In this document: in pieces, positions 37,044-46,774 of the stretch | How the letters are laid out: each line of letters opens with the position of its first letter | Numbering within the stretch: the stretch's first letter is position 1 | Origin: a virus | Lineage: Duplodnaviria > Caudoviricetes | IMG/VR virus record: IMGVR_UViG_3300025138_000041 | Location: 1-61,380 of that record | Reading direction: 5' to 3' (one strand) | Length of the DNA: 61,380 nt | Notes under the pieces: model-generated | Seen by the model: only the letters and a program-made list of their open reading frames with translations | What the model was told of the DNA's origin: nothing | The model's database searches: none | Program-made: the position numbers and the translations under genes

Positions 37044-38141
37044 ATGCTTATTAATGATGATACTAAACTTGACTATTCAGACGTTCTTATTCGACCAAAA
37101 CGATCTACATTGACTTCTCGATTTGATGTGGAAGTTGAAAGAGAATATACATTTAAACATAGTCAAAGGTCTTGGACAGGAATTCCTATTATGGCATCAA
37201 ACATGGATACTGTAGGCACTTATAGAATGGCAGAAGCATTATATAAACATAATATGATAACATGCCTGGCTAAACACTGTAATACAGATGGTTTTTGGGA
37301 ATGGCCAAGGGAAGATAAAACTGCACTCATAAATATTGATGTTGAATCTATTCGTATTGCTAAAGAAGCTAAAAGAAGAAGAATAGAAAAAAAAGAAGAA
37401 TCAGCAAATTATTGTTGTGTAATGGGTGGTATATCAAGTAAAGATATGAAAAATACTCAAGAAATATACAAGTCAAAAGAAGCATTCTTTATTGGTCTAG
37501 ATGTAGCTAATGGCTATACTATTAGTTTTGTTGATGCTGTAAAAAGAATGCGTGACCTAGAGCCTGACGCCACAATCATTGCAGGTAATGTTGTTACTGC
37601 TGATATGACTCAAGAATTGATTTTAGCAGGAGCAGATATTGTAAAAGTTGGCATTGGTCCTGGTTCAGTTTGCACAACAAGAATTAAAACAGGAATTGGT
37701 ATGCCTCAGTTGAGTGCTGTTATCGAATGTGCAGATGCCGCTCATGGTATGAATGCTCATATAATTGCAGATGGTGGATGCAACACCTCTGGTGACATTG
37801 TGAAGGCATTTGCAGCTGGAGCAGATTTTGTAATGATTGGTGGTATGCTTGCTGGGCATGATGAATGTGACGGTGAACTGATAGACGGCAAAATGAATTT
37901 TTATGGCATGGCATCCGAATCTGCTATGGATCGACATTCTGTTCCTAATAGAGAATATCGAGGAGTTGAAGGCAAAACAGTTTCGGTAAATTATAAAGGA
38001 TCTGTTGATGACACACTGATCGACATTATATCTGGAGTTAGATCGGCGTGTACTTATGTAGGTGCAGCTAGACTTAAAGACCTCTCAAAATGCGCTACAT
38101 TTGTCCGTGTAAACAATACGCATAATACTATATTCACTTGA
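37044..38141 (+). CDS. guaC: GMP reductase
   Basis: [53 protein letters not shown]. Confidence 0.95.
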   Translation: MLINDDTKLDYSDVLIRPKRSTLTSRFDVEVEREYTFKHSQRSWTGIPIMASNMDTVGTYRMAEALYKHNMITCLAKHCNTDGFWEWPREDKTALINIDVESIRIAKEAKRRRIEKKEESANYCCVMGGISSKDMKNTQEIYKSKEAFFIGLDVANGYTISFVDAVKRMRDLEPDATIIAGNVVTADMTQELILAGADIVKVGIGPGSVCTTRIKTGIGMPQLSAVIECADAAHGMNAHIIADGGCNTSGDIVKAFAAGADFVMIGGMLAGHDECDGELIDGKMNFYGMASESAMDRHSVPNREYRGVEGKTVSVNYKGSVDDTLIDIISGVRSACTYVGAARLKDLSKCATFVRVNNTHNTIFT

Positions 38142-38166
38142 CTAATTTCTTAAATTGTGATATTAT
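38138..38166 (+). promoter_or_regulatory. sigma70-type promoter
   Basis: TTGACT-N17-TATTAT. Confidence 0.65.
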
Positions 38167-38196
38167 GTCTTAAATAGTGAATGGAGAATAATTTAA

Positions 38197-40107
38197 ATGA
38201 TCGATATTTTTGATAAAAAACCTTCCATAGAAATGTATGATTATCAAAAAACTAAAATCTATGATCCTATTATAGAAGCAGTTTCGGATAGCCTTTCTAA
38301 TAAATCAGATGATAAATTGGCAAATTTTCTTCAATTGAGTACAAGTGCGGGTAAAACTTTTACGTCTTGCAATTTTGTAATTCCAGAACTAATTACTATG
38401 GGATTAGATATTGTGTATACAGTACCTAATTCCGCTGCAATCTCCGAAGTTGAAGAAATGATACTTCAATCGACTAAAAACTTGAAAAATCCACCTTTAG
38501 TATTCTCATCTCATGGCTTTGCTGGTGGCGTATTTGAAATGCCTATGTGGGATTATCCAGGACAAAGATTGATAGTTGTTTGCCATCCAACATTTGTTAG
38601 TATGAATTTAGACATATTTACGAATTTTTGTTCTGATCGTGAAGTTGTTGCTATATCAGATGAAGCACATAAAGGATTTAGTTGTCCTGAATTAGAGCAT
38701 CAACAACTATGTTTTGGCTATGGATTTAATTGGAATTTGATTATTAGTGACGATGAAAGAGAAAACCATTTGCGTTGGTTTAAATCATTTTCTTCTTGCG
38801 GATTTACATCTTGGTTTCTAATATCTGCTACACCTTTGGCCGCAGTTTTTATTTCCGGTAACCATTATAAAATTATCTCTAAGTTTATGGATAGAGAAGT
38901 TTTATGCAAACAACAAAAAGGTGTAAAATCCGTAACATTTTATAACGGCGATTCTCCTCTTGAAAAGTTTGAAAACATTAACATTCTTGAAGCTGAAGAA
39001 ATTATTGATCATTCAGGATATATGAAACTGTCTCATGAAAATTTATTTGAATATGGTAAAAACGCAAGAGTTAATTCCAATATCATAGAAAAAATTGAGA
39101 AAACAAATAAGTGGTTAACAAGAGTAACTGAAAAATACGATTTGCCTAAAACGAAACCTGCAACTATAATTCAATCTAATTCCAGCGAAAAAGATGCGCC
39201 TAAAATATTTGAAAATATGACTAGTGATAATATTAGAAGTGCTGTAGCAGTTAGTAATTTAAAATCTGTATCTGGATTTAAAATGCCAAATATACTAAGT
39301 CATTTTGGAAGCAAAAATCCTACTTCAAATCAAATATTAGAGTTTGTAGGAAAATATAGTAATGATGTTAGATATGTAGTTGCCAATAAAATTGTATCCG
39401 AAGCTATATCATTAAGAAATACTACAGTCCTTGTTAGCAATCACGCGAGAACAAGAAACACCGATAATGAAGTGACTGCACAAGTTGAACAACTTTTAGG
39501 TCGTCTATTGCGTTTTCCTGTAGTGCAAGGAATAAGAGATTGGCAAGATGTATATAATTTCTCAGAAAAGAAAATATCTGAAGGTGTGCCTGAGTCTGTA
39601 ATGGAACGTTGGATCGAAGTTGTTTTTATGTATGATATTCATATGATATTTTCTCCAATTAATGTATCGGGCACAAAAAAGTTTTTAAACACTCACACAT
39701 ACGATGTTTTAGATTTCAAAAATTATATTAAGAAATTTAAAATGATTTCTGCAATGAATAGAATGCCTAGAAATAAAACATATCAAACATCTAGAAATAA
39801 TTCTGAGTATAAATGGTATAGGGATGCAAATCCAAGTTGTGAAGTTTGTCCCAAGAATGAGAATGGTATTCCTGTATGTGAGGCTCATTATCATGGCAGA
39901 GTATCTATGGAAAATTTAAAAAAGAGTAGACATGTTCATCATATAAATGGCGATCATACTAATAATAATCCTGATAATCTGATTACAATTTGTGAAGTAA
40001 TACATTTTGATATTTCTATGAAGGAAGGACATTTTAATAATCATCAATATAGACCAATAGTAAAAGAAAGTACAAAAATTTCGTTATTAAATAAAAAATT
40101 TGCTTGA
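38197..40107 (+). CDS. SF2 helicase/restriction-subunit-like ATPase fused to C-terminal HNH nuclease
   Basis: TSAGKT, DEAH, SAT, Q..GR..R; CEVC...HVHHINGDHTNN..DNL..IC..IH. Confidence 0.75.
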   Translation: MIDIFDKKPSIEMYDYQKTKIYDPIIEAVSDSLSNKSDDKLANFLQLSTSAGKTFTSCNFVIPELITMGLDIVYTVPNSAAISEVEEMILQSTKNLKNPPLVFSSHGFAGGVFEMPMWDYPGQRLIVVCHPTFVSMNLDIFTNFCSDREVVAISDEAHKGFSCPELEHQQLCFGYGFNWNLIISDDERENHLRWFKSFSSCGFTSWFLISATPLAAVFISGNHYKIISKFMDREVLCKQQKGVKSVTFYNGDSPLEKFENINILEAEEIIDHSGYMKLSHENLFEYGKNARVNSNIIEKIEKTNKWLTRVTEKYDLPKTKPATIIQSNSSEKDAPKIFENMTSDNIRSAVAVSNLKSVSGFKMPNILSHFGSKNPTSNQILEFVGKYSNDVRYVVANKIVSEAISLRNTTVLVSNHARTRNTDNEVTAQVEQLLGRLLRFPVVQGIRDWQDVYNFSEKKISEGVPESVMERWIEVVFMYDIHMIFSPINVSGTKKFLNTHTYDVLDFKNYIKKFKMISAMNRMPRNKTYQTSRNNSEYKWYRDANPSCEVCPKNENGIPVCEAHYHGRVSMENLKKSRHVHHINGDHTNNNPDNLITICEVIHFDISMKEGHFNNHQYRPIVKESTKISLLNKKFA

Positions 40108-40150
40108 CAATCTTATCTGAATAGAGTACAAAGTAAGAGTAAAGAGAATC
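40104..40150 (+). promoter_or_regulatory. early promoter, family B
   Basis: TTGACA-N17-TACAAA; gtaagagtaaagagaatc. Confidence 0.75.
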
Positions 40151-40167
40151 AAGAGAAAGAGAAATAA

Positions 40168-40317
40168 ATGTATCGCATTAATCAAATCGCAGAAATTTTA
40201 AAGTGTTCAAAAGAAATTGCGGCACAAGTTTTAAATAAAATTTCTCATATGGACCTCAGTGAAATGGGCCAAGAAGAATTTGAGTTTTGGGTAAAATTTG
40301 AAGCAAAATGGATATAA
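40168..40317 (+). CDS. small hypothetical protein (not in track)
   Basis: 49 aa after promoter leader. Confidence 0.55.
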   Translation: MYRINQIAEILKCSKEIAAQVLNKISHMDLSEMGQEEFEFWVKFEAKWI

Positions 40318-40334
40318 GGAGTTAAAATAAATAT

Positions 40335-40697
40335 ATGTGGATTTTTATGAATGATGCGTTTTTCTCGGTCGTAAAAGATCGAAATAATGCAGATGGTGTG
40401 GTAGTTCGCGCCCGAGTAGAGGGTGACCTAGAAAATGTTTTTGGGTCTGATAAAGAAGTAATTGTGACGGATGATAGTGACTATCGATTCCGTTTATTTC
40501 TCGACCAAGAATATGTGAAAAACGTTATTGCAGACCGTGTTGGAAATATCAGTTATCCTAATTTCAAAAACTCAATCAAAAAAACTGACCATGAAAGAAA
40601 GGCGTACTATACCGATGTATGGGGTATAATGTATGATTGGCAAGATAAGTTGTATAAGAGTTATAATAGCTGGCTAAATTATCGCAATCAACGATGA
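40335..40697 (+). CDS. hypothetical protein
   Basis: MWIF..AFFSVV...VRAR...DYRFR...YPNFK. Confidence 0.7.
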   Translation: MWIFMNDAFFSVVKDRNNADGVVVRARVEGDLENVFGSDKEVIVTDDSDYRFRLFLDQEYVKNVIADRVGNISYPNFKNSIKKTDHERKAYYTDVWGIMYDWQDKLYKSYNSWLNYRNQR

Positions 40698-40711
40698 TAT
40701 AAATATAAATA
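40698..40711 (+). promoter_or_regulatory. tandem T4-type late promoters
   Basis: Two overlapping TATAAATA. Confidence 0.7.
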
Positions 40712-40724
40712 ACAATAAATTTAT

Positions 40725-41225
40725 ATGGAAAAAAAGATGCAGTCATTCAAAAAATTTTCTCATGGTATTAATGAAGAAAAAGTCAAATTTACAAACTGGG
40801 TATTACCATCTGATAAGGATCTTGCCTTAGAATATAAAATTGAATATCAAATTAAGCCTCTTAAAAATTTGACGAATGACGCATTTCCTACAGTACAGGA
40901 TTTTATCAAAGCAGTAAAGAAAGCTAAAACTATAAATCTAACACCTGCTGTTGATAGAAAAATTGAATATAGAAGTAGAACAAAAAGTAAAGAAGCTATT
41001 ATAAGTCTTATTAAAGGCTACGCCTCATATCCAGAATTTAGAAATGAAAAAACTGTTGAGGCAATCTATCAAGGATACAGAGACAATAAACCAATGAAAA
41101 TGCCATTTATTCTGAAGTTTTCAAATGGCAATTTGAGAATTATGTCAGGAAATACTAGAACAGATATTGCTCAACATTTAGGTATTACACCTAAAGGCGT
41201 TCTTATCGAAGTTCCATCTAAGTAA
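40725..41225 (+). CDS. putative internal head protein, ParB/Srx-like motif
   Basis: MQSFKKF...INEE leader; IMSGNTR. Confidence 0.6.
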   Translation: MEKKMQSFKKFSHGINEEKVKFTNWVLPSDKDLALEYKIEYQIKPLKNLTNDAFPTVQDFIKAVKKAKTINLTPAVDRKIEYRSRTKSKEAIISLIKGYASYPEFRNEKTVEAIYQGYRDNKPMKMPFILKFSNGNLRIMSGNTRTDIAQHLGITPKGVLIEVPSK

Positions 41226-41236
41226 AGGATAAGAAT

Positions 41237-43318
41237 ATGCTACAGTTTTCTACATTTGTAAAAGAAGAATTTTTAGGCGAATCCTTAAATAGTGCTGTCG
41301 AATTTGATATGACAGACGATACGAAAATGCCTAAAGAAATACATGCCTCATTTGAAGTTGACGGAACTCCATATGGAGCATCACTGTTTTTAACAAAACA
41401 TAAAAGAGTTTATAGATTAGATTTTTATCGTATCGTTAATGTTAAAAAAAGACACTGGAATTTTTTAAAAAGCAGTCATGCTAGACCTTGTCTTTCAACA
41501 GTTATTAAATTTGTTGAAGCTTCTTATCCCTTTATTAAGCCACATATGGACGGCTTTATATGTCTGCTTAGTAAATACCCGCTGCAAACTAATAATAAAG
41601 ACGTTCTAAAAAAAGGCGGATCAGAAAAATACACTAAGTTTTTAGAAAGAATAATGAAAAAAACTTATGTGACTACCTTTTCTCCTGTGCCTATTTCTAA
41701 AAAACAAAAAAGCGCTAATAACTATATTTTCTTCGTTAAAAAATCCGTAAGTCCAGCAACACTTTTTACAGGATCGCATTTCAATAAATTTGATTTTAGT
41801 GCAGGAGAATTAAACATTGATGTATTAGATGCATTAAGTGAACCATACAAAAAAATGTCAGAAAATGCTAGTACTGTTAAAAGTGGTAAATATGCTTTTG
41901 GTAAAATTGGCATTGAACTTCATGTCGATGAATCTACAGTTTCAATGTTAGATGCTGCCGCTGAAAAATATAGATTAGATAAAAAAGTCAAAGATGAACC
42001 AACCGCATCTGAAAATAAAAAAATAATGATATCGGCAGATCATTCTACTATTTCTAGTTTTAACGACGGATACATTAGTTCAGGTAATCAAGCAACAATA
42101 AGTGCATCTCATTTGTTTGCTATATTTTTGGAGAAGGCGTATGATAGAATATACATGCTCGGCTTTGATGAAAGTGCAGTAAACTATAAAGATGTACATT
42201 ATGTACTAAAAGAATATTTTAGTACAAATAAAGGCGTTGCAGAGATAAAAACTGTAAAAAAAGAATTAGAAAAAATTAGTGCGTATAGATTTCTGATAAA
42301 AGCGAGCCCCGACCAGTATACTTCAAAAGACGAAGATACAATTAAAACAATTTTGAAGTCATTTGATAAAATTAAACCAACTTCAGTAAATAAATTAAAA
42401 CTTTTTTTGGGCGGTTTAAAATCTAATAATAAAACTACTGATAAAGACCAAGTTCAAAAAGTAGAAAAAGTTGCCTTGCCTTTTGACCTTGAAAGTGATG
42501 TACCTGGATTTAAAGAAGATAATGGAACAGAAGCATACGATACTCTTTCTGGACAAACATATGGAAAGTTGGGTTGGGCTTTAGATTATAATATAGAACA
42601 AGTTGATTTGAAGGTAGAATCGATTGTTAATATGCCTTCTGTGAAAAAATGGTATAATGGCTTCAATAATTTTGATGATAACTACAGTGTTATAAAAAAT
42701 TATACGGGCTCAACTTATGAAGATATTAATAAAAGTTTTAGAACGCAAATTGATAATAAGCAATTAAATTATAAAGAATTACATCCTAGTGCTAAAAAAC
42801 TTACAGAATTATTCTTAGATGCTCCAAAATTAGATCAGCCTATCTGGGTTTATAGAAATGCGGATGTTCCAGGTCAGGAAGAATTAGAGCCTGGAGACGA
42901 TTTTGTAGACTCTGCAATTTTGTCTACATCAATAAAAAGTACTCAAAGCTTTGGTGGATCTAGAACTAGATTTAAAATCTACTTACCAGCGGGAACTCCA
43001 ATGTTTCCAATTTTAAATCATTCAAATATGTCTGATGAAAAAGAAATAATACTTCCTCCATACTCTCTGTTAAAAATTACTGAAGTCCACGCAAATTTCA
43101 AAAAAGAAGGTCATAGAGCATTTCTTGCTGTTTATAAAGGACACGGAATTAAAGAATTTATAAAAGCATCGAAAAAACAAATGATATTAGATCATTTTAA
43201 TCCTAGTTCTTTACTTGAGCAAGATAAGGAACCTAAAAATTATACTAAGTGGACAGCACCTCTTGCCTCATACGAACATTCTTTAGCAGTTCAAAAAATG
43301 ATATTAAAAATGAAATAA
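41237..43318 (+). CDS. alt: Alt-like ADP-ribosyltransferase
   Basis: C-terminal YTG..Y..IN, VYR, LSTS, E.EIILP (R-S-E class); head-targeting-like N-terminus. Confidence 0.75.
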   Translation: MLQFSTFVKEEFLGESLNSAVEFDMTDDTKMPKEIHASFEVDGTPYGASLFLTKHKRVYRLDFYRIVNVKKRHWNFLKSSHARPCLSTVIKFVEASYPFIKPHMDGFICLLSKYPLQTNNKDVLKKGGSEKYTKFLERIMKKTYVTTFSPVPISKKQKSANNYIFFVKKSVSPATLFTGSHFNKFDFSAGELNIDVLDALSEPYKKMSENASTVKSGKYAFGKIGIELHVDESTVSMLDAAAEKYRLDKKVKDEPTASENKKIMISADHSTISSFNDGYISSGNQATISASHLFAIFLEKAYDRIYMLGFDESAVNYKDVHYVLKEYFSTNKGVAEIKTVKKELEKISAYRFLIKASPDQYTSKDEDTIKTILKSFDKIKPTSVNKLKLFLGGLKSNNKTTDKDQVQKVEKVALPFDLESDVPGFKEDNGTEAYDTLSGQTYGKLGWALDYNIEQVDLKVESIVNMPSVKKWYNGFNNFDDNYSVIKNYTGSTYEDINKSFRTQIDNKQLNYKELHPSAKKLTELFLDAPKLDQPIWVYRNADVPGQEELEPGDDFVDSAILSTSIKSTQSFGGSRTRFKIYLPAGTPMFPILNHSNMSDEKEIILPPYSLLKITEVHANFKKEGHRAFLAVYKGHGIKEFIKASKKQMILDHFNPSSLLEQDKEPKNYTKWTAPLASYEHSLAVQKMILKMK

Positions 43319-43322
43319 GCTA

Positions 43323-43369
43323 TTGACTCTATGCTCTCAATTTGCTATAACTTAATAGTAAAAAGAATC
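43323..43369 (+). promoter_or_regulatory. early promoter
   Basis: TTGACT-N17-TATAAC; agtaaaaagaatc. Confidence 0.7.
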
Positions 43370-43384
43370 AGTGAAAGAGATAAT

Positions 43385-43540
43385 ATGAGTAAAGAAGAAT
43401 CAAAAGATGTTTCACCAATGAGTTATGAAGAACTCATTGCTATGCGTAACCGTGACGTTATGAATTCCGTAGATCAATCACAGTCAATCTTAAAAATGAT
43501 TCAACAGGTTCAAGATGAGGATGTTCAAGATGCTGAATAA
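43385..43540 (+). CDS. small hypothetical protein (start reassigned)
   Basis: ATG after promoter leader. Confidence 0.55.
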   Translation: MSKEESKDVSPMSYEELIAMRNRDVMNSVDQSQSILKMIQQVQDEDVQDAE

Positions 43541-43612
43541 CCTGTTTAGTTCTTTGTTTAATCTAGCTTTGATTGCTGCCGTAATCGTAATCTGTATGTG
43601 AGGAGATATATC

Positions 43613-43915
43613 ATGCAAACAATAACATATGAACTTCCCGACTTCTGGGCTACTGCTTTGTTCTATGATGATACTTCAAGCTTCGAAACTTATGAGGAAG
43701 AAAAAAGTTTCCAGGACTTTTGCACTTATATGTTGAAGGAGCACGGAACTTCTGAACCTGTCGATTGTAGTGAAGGCTCTAGCTTTACTAAATTTCATGA
43801 TGCTACCAGCTTCGGTGTATTGGCATGTAACACTATAACATATACTTTTATTGAAAATAATGGTAATCCTAATACTAGCGCAAATGTAACTTTGGCGCAT
43901 ATTATGGAGAACTAA
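43613..43915 (+). CDS. hypothetical protein
   Basis: GAGGAG RBS. Confidence 0.65.
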   Translation: MQTITYELPDFWATALFYDDTSSFETYEEEKSFQDFCTYMLKEHGTSEPVDCSEGSSFTKFHDATSFGVLACNTITYTFIENNGNPNTSANVTLAHIMEN

Positions 43916-44064
43916 CATGAAAACTAAAGTTTATTCAATTCTTTTGAATGGTAAATTTACGACTACTATTCGGGAAATAAGCGAATTTTGCGCCATCAAT
44001 AGATTCAAAGAAATGTGGTCTTATGATAAGACTGCAACCATCACTGCAACTATATGGAGTCCTA

Positions 44065-44343
44065 ATGAAATTCTCTGAATTAGATTTTAATCGAATGAGT
44101 AACGGTGGCAATCAAGCTATCGTTAATTTTGGTCACTATGGTTTGTCTATTATCGATAATGGATATGGTAAAGAGCGCGGGCTGTATGAAGTGGGTACGT
44201 TGTTTCATGGTCAGCTTGCGATAACACTGCCGTCGATGACCGGGGACGACACAGTAGTTGGACATTGTACACCCTCGGACGTAGAAATGATTATCGAAGC
44301 AACTAAACGTCATAATACAATGAAAGGAATAGGTTTATGTTAA
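44065..44343 (+). CDS. hypothetical phage protein
   Basis: GGAG RBS; YGLSII...GLYEV. Confidence 0.6.
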   Translation: MKFSELDFNRMSNGGNQAIVNFGHYGLSIIDNGYGKERGLYEVGTLFHGQLAITLPSMTGDDTVVGHCTPSDVEMIIEATKRHNTMKGIGLC

Positions 44344-44588
44344 CCAAGTCTGAAATATGCGAACAACTTGCAAGCGGCATATATGAAATTCATTTTACAA
44401 AAGTAAATGGAGATATTAGAAAAATGAAGGCAACCCTTCTCGATTCTGTATTGCCAAACTCATCTTTATCTGAGAATACTGGTCGTAAAAAAAATGACTC
44501 TACTGTAACTGTTTGGGATATAGAAAAAGACTCTTGGCGTTCCTTTAAAGTAGATAGTCTTATTTCGATTGAGTCGTCAAATGTTTAA
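44337..44588 (+). CDS. SH3/WYL-like beta-barrel protein (DUF2693-like)
   Basis: FTKVNGDIR.M.ATL...VWDIEK..WRSFK. Confidence 0.8.
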   Translation: MLTKSEICEQLASGIYEIHFTKVNGDIRKMKATLLDSVLPNSSLSENTGRKKNDSTVTVWDIEKDSWRSFKVDSLISIESSNV

Positions 44589-44589
44589 T

Positions 44590-44874
44590 ATGATATATGT
44601 TGATCCTATAGCTGTAAGTTTTTTCACTACTGTAGGAATAGCATTGGCTTACTATTACGGTCGTCATACAGTTATTAAAATAATAGAAGAAACTATAGCA
44701 GAAAAACAAGGATCTGCTTTAGAGAAAGCTATAGATCATTGCGTCGATAGATTGATAGATGATGGTTATCTACTATCGACTTTATCAGAAGATGGTGAAG
44801 TTGAGTTGATTAAACTAGATGATGTTATTGAAGATATTGATGGACTAAAGGACCTTCTTAAAAATAATGCTTGA
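44590..44874 (+). CDS. membrane-anchored hypothetical
   Basis: N-terminal TM segment; start uncertain. Confidence 0.55.
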   Translation: MIYVDPIAVSFFTTVGIALAYYYGRHTVIKIIEETIAEKQGSALEKAIDHCVDRLIDDGYLLSTLSEDGEVELIKLDDVIEDIDGLKDLLKNNA

Positions 44875-44899
44875 CAAATACGTGTAATAGGTCTAAGAT
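44871..44899 (+). promoter_or_regulatory. sigma70-type promoter
   Basis: TTGACA-N17-TAAGAT. Confidence 0.65.
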
Positions 44900-44918
44900 A
44901 GTTCTTAGATAAAAACTA

Positions 44919-46058
44919 TTGATAATGAAAAAGAAAGTGAATCTAATGGCGAGAAAATCTAAAAAAACTTTCACCCGTAAAGCCCGTACAGGGTTTGCTG
45001 CCGCACCAACTGACTCGTTTCGCAACTTTAATGACTATATTAGAGTTGATGTGGATAAGAAGGATGTGATAGCAAAGATCAAAGACTATCTTAAAATTAC
45101 ATTATCGAAAAGTGATGTTGCTATCGCTAATCAGGCGCCAGACTGGGCTTTCTCAGGACTTCCTTTGCTTGCATCAACTATAGCTTGGAAAGAAATGGAT
45201 AATGAATTTCCATCTTGGTGGGACGCAGAAAAAGTTTTATCTAAGCACGTTAAAGAACTGGTACAAAGAGGCAAAAGAAAACTAGCAGAAGCCGAAAATA
45301 AAGATGAAAGTGTAGATATTCCTAGAAAAAGTATTCAAGAGATTGTTCAAGAGAGAACATCTGAATTTATAGGTGGTATTGACGTTGTAATTGATAATTG
45401 GGATACAATGATCGATGATAAATCCTTTTCAATATACGATGAATTAAAAAAGATTGATGCGCCATACAATATGGCAAAAACTGTATATGAATACTATACC
45501 CCTCAATTAAAAGAGATGCAAGAATTGATAAACAATAAGTCGGAAGACTTAGTTGAAGCGTATTCTCATATGTCTGTTCGTGATAGAAAACAGTTTGCTA
45601 AGTTTTTAGAGCAAATCGTTTCCGATGCAGATAAGTTTATGACAGCCAAGAAAGCTACACGTAAAGCACGTAAGCCTAAAGTTAAAACGGCAGACAAGCA
45701 AGTTGAAAAAGTGAAATATTTGAAAGACTCAAATGAATTTAAAATAGCATCTATAAATCCTAGCAGCGTGATAGGAGCTATGAGAGTTTATGTATTTAAT
45801 GTAAAGTACAAAGCTTTAACAGAATTAGTATGTCAACAACGTGGCGGCTTTACTGTAAAGGGTACTACGCTTCAAGGAATAGATGTTGAACAATCACGAT
45901 CAACTAAGTTAAGAAAGCCAGAATTATTCTTACCGATTGTATTGAGCAAAACTCCAAAGCAAATTGATAAAGAGTGGGGTAACTTAACAACTAAAACAAA
46001 CGATGGTAACGGTCGTCTAAATAGTGATACAATAATTTTAAGGGCGATAAATAAATGA
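44919..46058 (+). CDS. conserved T4-like phage protein of unknown function (start probably slightly downstream)
   Basis: GF.VKGTTL...LRKPE...NGRLN.DTIIL C-terminus; precedes gp33. Confidence 0.75.
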   Translation: MIMKKKVNLMARKSKKTFTRKARTGFAAAPTDSFRNFNDYIRVDVDKKDVIAKIKDYLKITLSKSDVAIANQAPDWAFSGLPLLASTIAWKEMDNEFPSWWDAEKVLSKHVKELVQRGKRKLAEAENKDESVDIPRKSIQEIVQERTSEFIGGIDVVIDNWDTMIDDKSFSIYDELKKIDAPYNMAKTVYEYYTPQLKEMQELINNKSEDLVEAYSHMSVRDRKQFAKFLEQIVSDADKFMTAKKATRKARKPKVKTADKQVEKVKYLKDSNEFKIASINPSSVIGAMRVYVFNVKYKALTELVCQQRGGFTVKGTTLQGIDVEQSRSTKLRKPELFLPIVLSKTPKQIDKEWGNLTTKTNDGNGRLNSDTIILRAINK

Positions 46059-46285
46059 TCGAAAAAGAATTTATGAATAGAGCAAAATTCAGTAAACTAA
46101 TAGAGGAACAAGTTGTAGATAAAAAATTGGGATGGATAGACGCTGTAGTTGAAGTGTGTAATATAACAAATCTTGATCCTGAAGATGTAAAGAAATTAAT
46201 ATCACCAGTCATTAGAGAGAAGATTGAGGCTGAGGCTATGAATTTAAATTATTTACCCAAACAAAATGAATTGATTTTTGAATGA
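46055..46285 (+). CDS. gp33: late promoter transcription coactivator
   Basis: FS..IE..V...IDAV...C....E.V.KLIS..I.EKIEAEAM.LNYLP; synteny with gp32. Confidence 0.85.
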   Translation: MIEKEFMNRAKFSKLIEEQVVDKKLGWIDAVVEVCNITNLDPEDVKKLISPVIREKIEAEAMNLNYLPKQNELIFE

Positions 46286-46458
46286 TAAGATGGTATGATT
46301 ATATAGCCGTAGCTTTAATGGCAATGTTTATGTTTCCAGCAGTAATACTGTTATTACCTCCAGTAATTAATTTAAATGCTCTTATACCTATGTGTGCTTC
46401 TTGGTATATGTGGATAATGTATTGCGATAAGAGACAGAGTACGGAAAATGACAGATAA
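46282..46458 (+). CDS. small membrane protein (not in track)
   Basis: 58 aa hydrophobic, ATGA coupling. Confidence 0.5.
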   Translation: MIRWYDYIAVALMAMFMFPAVILLLPPVINLNALIPMCASWYMWIMYCDKRQSTENDR

Positions 46459-46570
46459 AGAGATACAAGAATTTATTAAAATGTTTAAAGGAGTATTACC
46501 AGACCCAGACAACTACCCAAAAACTTTCGATTACTATTACAACTTATACAAACATATAAAGGAAAAATAA

Positions 46571-46768
46571 ATGTTTGAACTAATCATGATTACGATGCTC
46601 TTTCTAAATGATAATGAGGAGTTTTTTGCTGCTGGTCCTGCAAATGTTGCAGCAGGCAATACTTGGGAATATGTAGGGACACAATCTGTACCTGACGGTC
46701 ATGTTGCAATTCCATCAGTAAATCCAGACACTGGTAAAGAAACAATTATGTTTCAAAGAAAGCGATAA
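46571..46768 (+). CDS. hypothetical protein
   Basis: AAGGA RBS. Confidence 0.55.
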   Translation: MFELIMITMLFLNDNEEFFAAGPANVAAGNTWEYVGTQSVPDGHVAIPSVNPDTGKETIMFQRKR

Positions 46769-46774
46769 ATATAA

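Noticed and set aside
22807-43369. CRISPR array or IS ends from the dispersed repeats
   Set aside because: Repeats are promoters separated by genes; no regular spacers, cas or transposase seen
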